Assembly: GCA_044224725.1 (NCBI GenBank)
Contig: JBGAJW010000008.1
Coordinates: 26,136-90,135 of the forward strand
DNA: 64,000 bases
Direction: 5' to 3'
From: Flavobacteriales bacterium
GTDB taxonomy: Bacteria > Bacteroidota > Bacteroidia > Flavobacteriales_F > PHOS-HE28
The notes beneath the pieces are model-generated. The model was not told the origin of the DNA and made no database searches. It worked only from the letters and a program-made list of their open reading frames with translations. Positions 27,713 through 37,003 of the stretch are shown here, piece after piece. Within the stretch, counting starts at the first letter, position 1, and each line of letters begins with the position of its first letter. Made by a program: the position numbers and the translations under genes.

Positions 27713-30700
27713 TCAGAACGTCACGGAGCTGTGGTTGCGGTACGCCGCCAGTTCCTTCAGCTTCGCTTCGTACAGTTTCTCGACTTCCGCGTAACGGGCT
27801 TCCAGTCGGTCACCGAGGCCTTTCTGCTTGTGGATCATCGCCGTGGCCTGCACCATGCGCTCCATGACCATGCTGGTGAGTTCCATGTCACGCTCCACCT
27901 TGTCCACGAACTTGGGTTCGAGGCTCAGGAAGTGCGTCATGTTCTCGTCCATGATCTCGAAGAGCCGCTCGGTGATCGCGTTCGCGCTGGCCGTGTCACC
28001 CACCTTGTAGTAGGCTTCGATGATCGGCAGCATGATGCGGTCGTACGGCACGTTGCGCTCCGGCATCTTCTCCATGGTGAGATCGAGCACCGCCTTCGCC
28101 TCCTTCTTGCGGCCTTCATCAGCGAGCGCGTCAGCGAGCGTGGCCAGTTGCAGGCGCAAGTTGGTGGTCATACGCAGGACGTTCTCGTCCAGGTACATGG
28201 GTCCTTCGGTCTCCATGTTGCCCCACTTGAACTTCTCCATCACGTTCTTCAGCATGATGTCGGTACCGACCGTGCCGTAGGTGTTGGGGTTCTGTTGCTT
28301 GGCGTAGATCGGGACGAGGCGATAGGCCAAGCCTTCCAAGCGGAAGTAGTTCTGCATGTTCACGTAGCTGTCCGGCCCTGTGGTCACCGCAAAGCAGATC
28401 GGGCGCTTCCAGTCGTTGTTCGCTACCAGGTCCAGCACCATGAAGTGGTTCTTCAGCAGGTATTGTTTCTTTCCGAGGCTCCACTTCATCTCAGGCACCC
28501 AGTCCGCCGTGTCCTTTGCCGTGAGCATTCCCTTCGGACCGAAAACGAACGCACTGTCCACCGGCACCTTGAAGGTCTGCGTAGGGATGTACGCGTCCTT
28601 GGTGGTGCGCGAGAAGAGGTTCTGCATGTTCTTGTCATCGAGCGCGAAGGCCATCGCCTTCTTCAGGTCCATGCCCGCACCCTTGTCCTTGGCGTACAGG
28701 GCCACCACATCGCGCGTGCCCTGACGGTATTTCTCAGGGCCCATGCTGAATGGCACGGGCTCACTGTCGTAGGCTTTACGGCGCATCTGGTCGATGTACC
28801 AATCGGTGTTCAGCAGGCTCAGGTTCACCACGCGCACATCGGTACGGATGCCTTCCACTTCCTGGGCGTACCAGAGGGGGAAGGTGTCGTTGTCCCCGTT
28901 CGTGAAGAGGATCGCCTGCTCCGGGCAGCTCTGCAGGTAGTCGGAGGCCAGATCGCGTGCGGGTGTGCGCGTGCTGCGGTCGTGGTCATCCCATCCGTCC
29001 GCGACCATCACAGCGGGGATCACCAGGCCGATCAACGTGGCCAGGATGCCGGGCAGCTTGTCGTCCTTCATCCCGCGCATCAGGTACATCAGCCCCATGG
29101 CCGCACCGGTGAGGCCGCCCATGTAGAACAGGCACAGGGACACCGCGTGATCGTCCTTCGTTATCGTTTCCACCACGTATTTCAAGAGGCCGACGCCGAT
29201 CGCGCCGCCCGCTCCATAAGCGATGTCCTGCCACTTCAACGTACGCGCCGCATCGAACAGGGCATATACGCCCAGGCCGATCCACATGGCGAAGGCGTAG
29301 AAGGAACCCACGTACGCGTAGTCCCGTTCGCGGGGCTGGAGCGGCGTCTGGTTCAGGTAGATCACGATGGCCAGGCCGGTGAAGAAGAACAGCAGCATCA
29401 CGATCGTCCAGTCCCGGATGTTCTTCACCAGCTGGTACACCAGGCCGATGAGGCCGAGGATCATCGGCAACAGGAAGAATTTGTTCATCCCCTTGTTGCC
29501 CGTCATGCTCGGAGGAAGCTGGTCCTGGTTGCCGAGCCGTTCCTGGTCGATGAACTTCAGGCCCGTGTACCAATTGCCTTCCAGGATGCCGCTTCCGGTG
29601 CTCTGGATATCGTTCTGGCGGCCGGCGAAATTCCAGAGGAAGTACCGCCAGTACATGTGGTTCACCTGGTAGCTGAAGAAGAACCGCATGTTCTCCATCT
29701 GCGTGGGCTTGTAGATGATCGTGGGCTTGTTCTCACGGTCGGTCCAACGGATGGGCACGCCCTTGAAGTCGCTCCAGTCCTTGTACTGCTGCACATGGCT
29801 CGCTTGGCTGCTGTACATGCGCGGGAAGAGCATGGTGAACTGCGGCTCGTAGATCGGCTCCGAGCCTTCGCGCTTGTCCGTGATGATGTACTCGTTCTCG
29901 ATGGACAGTTCGGGTTTGCCTTCCACGAAGTGATCGGCGCTCCAGCCGTCGTAGAAGAGCTTCTCCACGCGGCCGCCTTTCATCACTTTGTAGGTGGCGG
30001 TGTAGACCGGGGAGCCGTCACCGCGCTCATCGCTCATCTCGCTGTCCCAGAACTGGCCGATCAGCAAGGGCCGGTCGCCGTACTGCTCGCGGTTCAGGTA
30101 GCTCACCAGGTTGAACACGTTCTCCGGGTTGTTCTCGTCGATGGGCGGGTTCGCCAAGCTGCGGATCACCGTCATGGCGTAGGTGCTGTAGCCCAAGAGG
30201 ATCACGGCCACGCCCAGGATGATGGTGTTCAGGATCACCTTGCCGTTTCGCTGCGTCCACATCAAGCCCCAAACAGTGAGGCCCACTACCAGCGCACCGT
30301 ACACGAGGTTGCCCGTGTTGAAGGGCAGACCGAAGTCGTTCACGAAACGCAGTTCGAACCAGCCCGCCACCTTGGCCACGCCGGGGATGATCACCGCCTG
30401 GATCGCGCCCAGGATCACGGCGCTGATGACCAACGAGTACACCACGCCCTTGGTGGTGGTCTTGTACTTCTTGAAGTAGTACACCAGCGCAATGGCCGGG
30501 ATGCACAGCAGGCCCAAGAGCTGCACGCCGATGCTCAGGCCAATGAGGTAGCAGATGAGGATGAGCCAGCGCGTGTTGTGCGCTTCATGCGCCTCGCTCT
30601 CCCACTTCAGGATGGCCCAGAAGGTGATGGCCGTGAAGAAGGACGACATGGAGTACACCTCCGCTTCCACCGCGCTGAACCAGAACGAATCGCTCCACGT

Positions 30701-31090
30701 GTAGGCCAAGGCGCCCACGATGCCGCTGCCGAGCACGGCGATGAGCTGGCCGGTGGTCAGTTCGTCATCCGAATCCCGCGTGGCAAGCTTCTTCGCCATG
30801 TGCGTGATGCTCCAGAACAGGAAGAGGATCGAGAACGAGGCACTGAGCGCGCTGAGGATGTTGATGGCCACCGGCACATGCTCCGTGCTTACGAAGGCAC
30901 TGGCGATGCGCCCCAGGATCATGAACAGCGGTGCTCCCGGAGGGTGGCCCACCTGCAGCTTGTTGGCCGTGGCCAAGAACTCTCCGCAATCCCAGAAGCT
31001 GGCCGTGGGTTCTATCGTGGAAACGTAGGTCCAGGTCGCCACCATGAAAACGAGCCAGCCGGTGACGATGTTCAACTTCTTGAAGTCCAT
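27713..31090 (-). CDS. DUF2723 multi-pass membrane protein (GT-C-like)
   Basis: EPTASFWDCGEF...VGHPPGAP, FWFSAVEAEVY, PRERDYAY and FTNGDNDTFPLWY motifs; start set at the MDFKK ATG. Confidence 0.9.
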   Translation of the reverse strand: MDFKKLNIVTGWLVFMVATWTYVSTIEPTASFWDCGEFLATANKLQVGHPPGAPLFMILGRIASAFVSTEHVPVAINILSALSASFSILFLFWSITHMAKKLATRDSDDELTTGQLIAVLGSGIVGALAYTWSDSFWFSAVEAEVYSMSSFFTAITFWAILKWESEAHEAHNTRWLILICYLIGLSIGVQLLGLLCIPAIALVYYFKKYKTTTKGVVYSLVISAVILGAIQAVIIPGVAKVAGWFELRFVNDFGLPFNTGNLVYGALVVGLTVWGLMWTQRNGKVILNTIILGVAVILLGYSTYAMTVIRSLANPPIDENNPENVFNLVSYLNREQYGDRPLLIGQFWDSEMSDERGDGSPVYTATYKVMKGGRVEKLFYDGWSADHFVEGKPELSIENEYIITDKREGSEPIYEPQFTMLFPRMYSSQASHVQQYKDWSDFKGVPIRWTDRENKPTIIYKPTQMENMRFFFSYQVNHMYWRYFLWNFAGRQNDIQSTGSGILEGNWYTGLKFIDQERLGNQDQLPPSMTGNKGMNKFFLLPMILGLIGLVYQLVKNIRDWTIVMLLFFFTGLAIVIYLNQTPLQPRERDYAYVGSFYAFAMWIGLGVYALFDAARTLKWQDIAYGAGGAIGVGLLKYVVETITKDDHAVSLCLFYMGGLTGAAMGLMYLMRGMKDDKLPGILATLIGLVIPAVMVADGWDDHDRSTRTPARDLASDYLQSCPEQAILFTNGDNDTFPLWYAQEVEGIRTDVRVVNLSLLNTDWYIDQMRRKAYDSEPVPFSMGPEKYRQGTRDVVALYAKDKGAGMDLKKAMAFALDDKNMQNLFSRTTKDAYIPTQTFKVPVDSAFVFGPKGMLTAKDTADWVPEMKWSLGKKQYLLKNHFMVLDLVANNDWKRPICFAVTTGPDSYVNMQNYFRLEGLAYRLVPIYAKQQNPNTYGTVGTDIMLKNVMEKFKWGNMETEGPMYLDENVLRMTTNLRLQLATLADALADEGRKKEAKAVLDLTMEKMPERNVPYDRIMLPIIEAYYKVGDTASANAITERLFEIMDENMTHFLSLEPKFVDKVERDMELTSMVMERMVQATAMIHKQKGLGDRLEARYAEVEKLYEAKLKELAAYRNHSSVTF

Positions 31091-31223
31091 GCGGTAAGGT
31101 GGGTGTTCCCGCACGCGGCGGGGGTCGGCGAAAGTACCCAAAGTCCCTTGCCGCTTGAGGAGACCGACCGAAGGTGTTCAGGAACTTTCTACTTTCGCCG
31201 CGCTTTTCCACGGAAAGGCGGAA

Positions 31224-31299
31224 TGACCGATGGTGTAACTGGCAACACGTCTGATTTTGGTTCAGAAGAGTCCAGGTTCGAGCCCTGGTCGGTCAACCA
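31224..31299 (+). tRNA. tRNA-Gln(TTG), CCA encoded
   Basis: TGACCGA/TCGGTCA acceptor stem, anticodon arm TCTGA-TTTTGGT-TCAGA, T-loop GGTTCGAGCC, 3' ACCA. Confidence 0.96.
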
Positions 31300-31301
31300 C
31301 A

Positions 31302-31329
31302 GAAAAGCCCCGCATCCGCGGGGCTTTTC
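31302..31329. terminator. Bidirectional intrinsic terminator
   Basis: GAAAAGCCCCGC-ATCC-GCGGGGCTTTTC between the tRNA and a convergent gene. Confidence 0.85.
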
Positions 31330-31417
31330 GCTTCTGGACCGTGGCAACTGCTCAGGCTGGTGCGGTTGGGACGCCGATGGGCACAATGCCAGCAGCCCCC
31401 TCGACCCCAGGTTGGGC

Positions 31418-32005
31418 CTACTTCATCTTCACCCTTTCCATCAGCAGGAACATATCGACGTGGTTGTATGCCTCCATCTCGCGGGAGGTCTCCGGGAACA
31501 CGCACTTGGTCGGCTCCAGGTTGTTGCCTTCCACGTCCGTCAGGGTCGTGTATTCGAGGAGGAGATTCCGGGGCGGGAAGAAGTAGTGGAAGTCGTTGCG
31601 CACCGCGTAGCTGAACGTGCAGTGGTTGTCCAGCCATTTCAGCTCGTGCCGGACAGCCACGGTGTTATGCTGCGCATCGAAGTAGTGATACGTCGCCTCC
31701 TTCACCCCATGCACGCGTTCGGCCTTGTAGGTAACCGCACCGGTCACGCGGTGCAGGGAATCCACCATCAGCTCGATGAACTCCACGCAGCCCGGCGGCA
31801 TGGCTGAACCCCGTTCGACCGGCTCCGCTTGCCCTTCAGGCGTCATGCGCGCATAGGAGGCCATGATGGGCGAACGGTCCACCAGCATCATGTACTGGTC
31901 GATGTTGGCCACCACCGATGCCGTGTCGATCGGGCCGGTTCCCTGCGCCGTCGTGCGCGAAGAACAGATGAAGAGGAGAGCTAGTGGGAGGAGGGTTCGA
32001 TGCAT
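31418..32005 (-). CDS. Hypothetical exported protein
   Basis: Signal peptide ending TTA|Q; no recognised family. Confidence 0.7.
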   Translation of the reverse strand: MHRTLLPLALLFICSSRTTAQGTGPIDTASVVANIDQYMMLVDRSPIMASYARMTPEGQAEPVERGSAMPPGCVEFIELMVDSLHRVTGAVTYKAERVHGVKEATYHYFDAQHNTVAVRHELKWLDNHCTFSYAVRNDFHYFFPPRNLLLEYTTLTDVEGNNLEPTKCVFPETSREMEAYNHVDMFLLMERVKMK

Positions 32006-32084
32006 CGGCCGGAAGGTAGAACGCCGCTACGCAACGACCGGACCGATCGATGGTCACCGACGGGTTGCGACCTTCGCTGCGGAA

Positions 32085-33170
32085 ATGAACGGACCTGTTC
32101 ACGCGACCTATTACGGGGACGATGCCTCCCGGCCCCATGACGCCACGGTGGAATGGCGCTCAGCGGATGCCATCGAGGTGCGCTTGGCCGATCGCACGGA
32201 CACGTGGAACCTGCGTGCGCCTGGATTGACCTGGGAGATCAGTGCCGGATCCCTGCGCATCGCTTATGGTGTTCCGCCACATACGCTCATCATCAAGGAT
32301 GCGGCCACCGTGGCCGCTTGGACCGCGTACTTCAAAGCGCACCGCATCCGGAAGAACAAGGAGGGCGGGGTGCCTTGGATCCTCACCATCCCCATGATGC
32401 TGCCCTTGGGTTTCATCGCCCTTTGCGCTGCCGCGTATTTCTGGTTGTTGCCGTACGTGAGTGAACGCATGGCCATGGCGCTTCCGCCGGAAACCGACAC
32501 GCAGCTCGGCGATGCGATGTACCAACAGACCGCTACAACGCTCGCGATCGATGAAGCGCGCTCGGCGACGTTGCAAGCATTCGGCGACAAGCTCAGCATC
32601 GCCCCGACCTTCAAGCTGAAATTGCATCTGGTGAAGGATGACCAGATCAACGCCTTCGCCATGCCGGGCGGGCACATCGTGGTGTACACGGGCATCCTGG
32701 ACAAGATGAAGGAACCAGGAGAACTGGTGGCGCTGCTCGCGCACGAAGGCACACACGTGGAGAAGCGGCACAGCACACGTGCCATCGCGCGCGACCTTTC
32801 GGGGAGTCTCTTCCTGTCCTTGCTGCTCGGTGATGTCGGCGACCTGGTTGGCACAGTTGCGAGAAAAGGGGATGAGCTCAAGGGCCTGAGCTACTCGCGC
32901 GATCTGGAGACCGAAGCCGACACCATCGGCATCCGCTGCATGCACGCGAACGGTGTGGACCCGCAAGGCATGGTGAAGCTGTTGGAACTCTTGGAGCGCG
33001 AAGCCGAGGACATGCCCGAAGGGGCTTCGTTCTTGAGCTCACATCCGCTTACGAAGGACCGGCTCTCCACGGCGAAAGCCAAAGCAGCTGAGTTCAGTGA
33101 GGTCACGGCCATTCCGACCGGTCTGGACAGCCTGTTCCAAGCGTTGACACAGCGCCGATCCTCAGACTGA
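32085..33170 (+). CDS. M48 family zinc metallopeptidase
   Basis: [14 protein letters not shown] (HExxH), [16 protein letters not shown]; one TM segment. Confidence 0.9.
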   Translation: MNGPVHATYYGDDASRPHDATVEWRSADAIEVRLADRTDTWNLRAPGLTWEISAGSLRIAYGVPPHTLIIKDAATVAAWTAYFKAHRIRKNKEGGVPWILTIPMMLPLGFIALCAAAYFWLLPYVSERMAMALPPETDTQLGDAMYQQTATTLAIDEARSATLQAFGDKLSIAPTFKLKLHLVKDDQINAFAMPGGHIVVYTGILDKMKEPGELVALLAHEGTHVEKRHSTRAIARDLSGSLFLSLLLGDVGDLVGTVARKGDELKGLSYSRDLETEADTIGIRCMHANGVDPQGMVKLLELLEREAEDMPEGASFLSSHPLTKDRLSTAKAKAAEFSEVTAIPTGLDSLFQALTQRRSSD

Positions 33171-34931
33171 CCGGATCCCCAGCTCCTTCAACTGCACGTC
33201 GTCGATCCGGCTCGGCGCATCGATCATCACATCGCGGCCCGCGTTGTTCTTCGGGAAGGCGATGAACTCGCGGATGTCGCTGCGGCCACCGAACAAGCTT
33301 ACCCAGCGATCGAAACCGAAGGCCGCACCGCCGTGCGGAGGTGCTCCGTATTCGAAGGCATCCAAGAGGAAACCGAACTTGTAACGTGCGTCCTCATCGG
33401 TGAAGCCCAGCACGCGGAACATCGCTTCCTGCATGGCGCGGTCGTGGATGCGGATGCTTCCGCCGCCGATCTCCGTGCCGTTGATCACCAGGTCGTAGGC
33501 GTTCGCTTTCACCGCGCCGGGGTCGCTCTCCAAAAGATGCGCGTGCTCCGGTATCGGCGACGTGAACGGATGGTGCATCGCATGCCAACGACCGCTTTCC
33601 TCGTCTTTCTCCAGCAGCGGGAAATCGACCACCCACAAGGGCTTGAAGGTCCAGGGATCGCGAAGGCCGAGCTGCTCGCCCATGTGCAGGCGCAGTTCGT
33701 TCAGTGCCTTGCGTGTCTTGTCCGCTTTGCCGGCCATGATGCATAGCAAGTCGCCTTGCTTCATGCCGAAGTGCGCGGCCCATTGCTGCAGTTGCTCCGG
33801 CGTGTAGAACTTGTCCACGGTGCTCTTCAGCCCTTCCTCCGTCCATTTCACGAAGACGATGCCGGTGGCCCCGATCTGTGGGCGCTTCACGAAGTCGATA
33901 AGCGCATCGGTCTGCTTACGGCTCCATCCGGCGCAGCCGTCGGCATTGATCCCGACGACCAGCTCAGCATCATCAAAGACCTTGAATCCCACCCCCACCA
34001 AACCTCCCCCGACGGGGGAGGCTTCCTGAGCATTTTTCAATTCGTGGAACTTCATGCCGAAACGCAGATCCGGCTTGTCGCAGCCATAGTCGCGCATGGC
34101 CTCGTCGTAGCTCATCCGCAGGAAGGGATCGTGGAACTCCTTGCCCAGGATAGCCTTGAACAGGTGCTTCGCCATGCCCTCGAACGCTTGCAGGATGTCC
34201 TCGCGTTCCACGAAGGCCATTTCGCAGTCGATCTGCGTGAACTCCGGCTGGCGGTCAGCCCGCAGATCCTCGTCGCGGAAGCATTTCACGATCTGGAAGT
34301 AGCGGTCGAAGCCGGCCACCATCAGGAGCTGCTTGAAGGTCTGCGGGCTTTGTGGTAGCGCGTAGAACTCGCCTTGGTTCATGCGGCTCGGCACTACGAA
34401 GTCGCGAGCGCCTTCCGGCGTGCTCTTGATCATCACGGGTGTTTCTACCTCCAGGAAATTCTGCGAGCTGAGGTAGTTGCGTACTTCGATCGCCATGCGG
34501 TGGCGCAGCTCCAATCCCTTGCGCACGTTGTTGCGGCGCAGGTCCAGGTAGCGGTACTTCATGCGCAGCTCGTCGCCGCCGTCCGTTTCGTCCTCGATGG
34601 TGAAGGGCGGCGTCTTAGCGTTGTTCAGCACCTTCAGTTCCGAGCAGAAGATCTCCACGTCGCCCGTGGGCATGTTGGCGTTCTTGCTCTGGCGCTCGAT
34701 CACCTTCCCGGTGACCTGCACCACGAACTCACGACCGAGCGTCCGGGCCGTTTCGCGCATCGTGGCGTCGCTGTCCGTGTTGAATGTCAGCTGCGTGATG
34801 CCGTAGCGGTCGCGCAGGTCCACGAAGGTCATGCCGCCCAGATCACGGGTGCGCTGGACCCAGCCGGCGAGAGTCACGGTCTTCGAAATGTCGGAAAGGC
34901 GGAGCTCGCCACAAGTATGCGTACGGAACAT
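33162..34931 (-). CDS. aspS: Aspartate--tRNA ligase
   Basis: [49 protein letters not shown]. Confidence 0.98.
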   Translation of the reverse strand: MFRTHTCGELRLSDISKTVTLAGWVQRTRDLGGMTFVDLRDRYGITQLTFNTDSDATMRETARTLGREFVVQVTGKVIERQSKNANMPTGDVEIFCSELKVLNNAKTPPFTIEDETDGGDELRMKYRYLDLRRNNVRKGLELRHRMAIEVRNYLSSQNFLEVETPVMIKSTPEGARDFVVPSRMNQGEFYALPQSPQTFKQLLMVAGFDRYFQIVKCFRDEDLRADRQPEFTQIDCEMAFVEREDILQAFEGMAKHLFKAILGKEFHDPFLRMSYDEAMRDYGCDKPDLRFGMKFHELKNAQEASPVGGGLVGVGFKVFDDAELVVGINADGCAGWSRKQTDALIDFVKRPQIGATGIVFVKWTEEGLKSTVDKFYTPEQLQQWAAHFGMKQGDLLCIMAGKADKTRKALNELRLHMGEQLGLRDPWTFKPLWVVDFPLLEKDEESGRWHAMHHPFTSPIPEHAHLLESDPGAVKANAYDLVINGTEIGGGSIRIHDRAMQEAMFRVLGFTDEDARYKFGFLLDAFEYGAPPHGGAAFGFDRWVSLFGGRSDIREFIAFPKNNAGRDVMIDAPSRIDDVQLKELGIRSV

Positions 34932-35082
34932 GGAATGTCGAAGATTTTTCTGTCTACGCCGAGGCTTGGGCGAAGGGCGGCGAAGATACCTGAGGCGCCT
35001 TGGACCGTCCCTGAGCCAACTATCCGTCCACTGTCAGGCAGCGCCCAGTGGGACCTTCGCATCTTGCAGAAAAGAAAGCCCT

Positions 35083-35841
35083 ATGAGGAAGACACTACCC
35101 ATCGCGCTATTCGCCGCATGCCTGAATGTATCCGAAGCCTCGGCCTGCGATTGCTTCGGTAACGACAGCTATTGCGCCACACTGGATCCCTCCTGGTTCG
35201 TGAATCCGGTCTCCACCGTGCTCGCCGTGAAGCTGACGGACTACTACTACGGCATCACCGTGAAAGTGGTGCAGGTGATCGGGGGCCAACAATTGCCTAA
35301 CGATACGCTCACCGTGTGGGGTGACAATGGCGCGCTCTGCCGCATCTATCTGAACGGATTCGCTATCGGTGATACGGTGGTGTTCGGGTTGAACGAGTGC
35401 GATCTCTGGGGCAATTCCATCACCGCCGGATTCCCCCCGGATCTGGAACAACCGGGCGACTATCAAGTGAGTGTGTGCGGGGTGTACTGGTTGAATTATG
35501 ACAACGGACTGGTCACCGGTCCGATCACGAGCGCTACAGTGCAGAGCATGACCCTCGGGGAGTTCACGGAGGTGGTCGCATCCTGCTCACAAGCGAACGG
35601 TATTCCGCTGCACGGTGCTTCCGAAAGGTTGATCGTGCGCTATGAGGACGGCGGGCCATGGCTCCAGCTCCAGAACCCCGGCCAGGCTTGGTTGACGGTG
35701 CGCGATATGGCAGGCCGCGACATATTGCGGCGTTCATGGGGCGGATCGTCTTTCCCGCTGACGGGCCTCGCACCCGGGACCTATGCCGTACTCGTTGTGC
35801 AAGGTCCAGTGGTCACCAGCCGCAAGGTCATCATGCCCTGA
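35083..35841 (+). CDS. Secreted protein with N-terminal CxC and probable T9SS type A CTD
   Basis: Signal peptide ASA|CDC; C-terminal DMAGR...GLAPGTYAV...RKVIMP. Confidence 0.72.
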   Translation: MRKTLPIALFAACLNVSEASACDCFGNDSYCATLDPSWFVNPVSTVLAVKLTDYYYGITVKVVQVIGGQQLPNDTLTVWGDNGALCRIYLNGFAIGDTVVFGLNECDLWGNSITAGFPPDLEQPGDYQVSVCGVYWLNYDNGLVTGPITSATVQSMTLGEFTEVVASCSQANGIPLHGASERLIVRYEDGGPWLQLQNPGQAWLTVRDMAGRDILRRSWGGSSFPLTGLAPGTYAVLVVQGPVVTSRKVIMP

Positions 35842-35845
35842 ACAA

Positions 35846-35871
35846 GAAAGGGTGCCATGCGGCACCCTTTC
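35846..35871. terminator. Bidirectional intrinsic terminator
   Basis: GAAAGGGTGCC-ATGC-GGCACCCTTTC between convergent genes. Confidence 0.8.
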
Positions 35872-35890
35872 CCGTTCATATCGGTCCCGC

Positions 35891-36298
35891 TCACGGTGTT
35901 ACCGTCAGCGCGATGGTCTTGGTGGTGATGTTGCCGTCGCGGTCGAGCACAGAGAACGTATACCGCTCCAAACCCGCTTGGGCCCGCGTGATGAGCTGGA
36001 AGTCGTACTCGAAATGTTCGTTGCCGGCGAGCGACACGTCCTGTAGGCTCACCGATGGATCAGTGTCGTAGGTGCGCGTAATGTTCAAGGAGATCAGCGG
36101 ATCTTCCGTCTTGTCGATCACGGCCCCGATCTTCAGCGTGTCCTGTTGCGCCACCGTGTCGTTCACGGCCACGTAGCCACTGCCCGTCTTGAAGGTGAGT
36201 GACGGATGCACGCGCGGGTCGGTTTCCTTCTTGCACGAAGCGGCCATCAGGACGATCGCGCAGATGGCGGATAAGAGGATCGGCTTCTTCATGTCCAT
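35891..36298 (-). CDS. Hypothetical lipoprotein
   Basis: MKKPILL...MAASC lipobox followed by KKE. Confidence 0.8.
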   Translation of the reverse strand: MDMKKPILLSAICAIVLMAASCKKETDPRVHPSLTFKTGSGYVAVNDTVAQQDTLKIGAVIDKTEDPLISLNITRTYDTDPSVSLQDVSLAGNEHFEYDFQLITRAQAGLERYTFSVLDRDGNITTKTIALTVTP

Positions 36299-36325
36299 GT
36301 ACGTTCGCTCGCCGTTGGCATCCGA

Positions 36326-36928
36326 TCAGTTCCCTCCCAGTGAAAGCAGGTAGGCCACGCGCAGGCCGATGTAGGACTTGGCTTCCGCTTCCTCACCTTC
36401 CTCTTCGGCCTCAGCTTCGGGCAGGATCATGTTGTAGCGCAGGCCGATGTCGAACTTTTCCAGTTGGTAACCCGCTCCGACCGCCCAGCTCAAGTTGGTG
36501 GCCGTATGGCTCTCGCCGTCGAAGTGCACCGTGACACCGTTCACCGTTTCGTCAAAGTCCTTGAAGCTCTCGCTGAACGCGTGGATGCCCACTTGCGCAT
36601 GCCCGTAAAGACCGTTCTGGCTTTCCTGGAAGAAATACTTCAGACCAAGTTGGGCGGGGATCATGGATGCGCTGCTCAGCACCTCCTTGAAGTCGCTCTT
36701 CGCTTGCGGCAGGAGGTAGCTCACGTGCAGCGTCAGGGCCAGCTTGTCGCCGACGGGCAGTTCGAATCCGGCGGTGGGGCCTACCAAAAAGGTGTATTCC
36801 TTGCTCAACGGATCGAGCGGAAGTCCGAGGTCGGCCCCGAGCGAGATCTGGTTCGATTGGGCCATTAGGCCGAGCGTGCCGCAAAGCGCGGCGGCGAGGG
36901 TGATGTTCCGTGTTTTCATGTTGTTCAT
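36326..36928 (-). CDS. Outer-membrane beta-barrel protein
   Basis: Signal peptide MA|Q; amphipathic strands (IPAQLGLKYFF, GAGYQ, IGLRVAY). Confidence 0.8.
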   Translation of the reverse strand: MNNMKTRNITLAAALCGTLGLMAQSNQISLGADLGLPLDPLSKEYTFLVGPTAGFELPVGDKLALTLHVSYLLPQAKSDFKEVLSSASMIPAQLGLKYFFQESQNGLYGHAQVGIHAFSESFKDFDETVNGVTVHFDGESHTATNLSWAVGAGYQLEKFDIGLRYNMILPEAEAEEEGEEAEAKSYIGLRVAYLLSLGGN

Positions 36929-37003
36929 TCCCGGCGAAGGCCGGTTCTTTTTTGGTTGTTGTTCGCTGTTCTTGTTGTTGGGACGACGTGAACGTCGCCC
37001 TTG

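Noticed and set aside
31224-31420. tRNA-Gln as an island integration site
   Set aside because: No integrase or duplicated tRNA 3' end was seen, and a terminator follows directly.
27617-31807. 1396-aa plus-strand ORF
   Set aside because: Antisense shadow of the DUF2723 gene; it also runs through tRNA-Gln. Typical of GC-rich codon bias.
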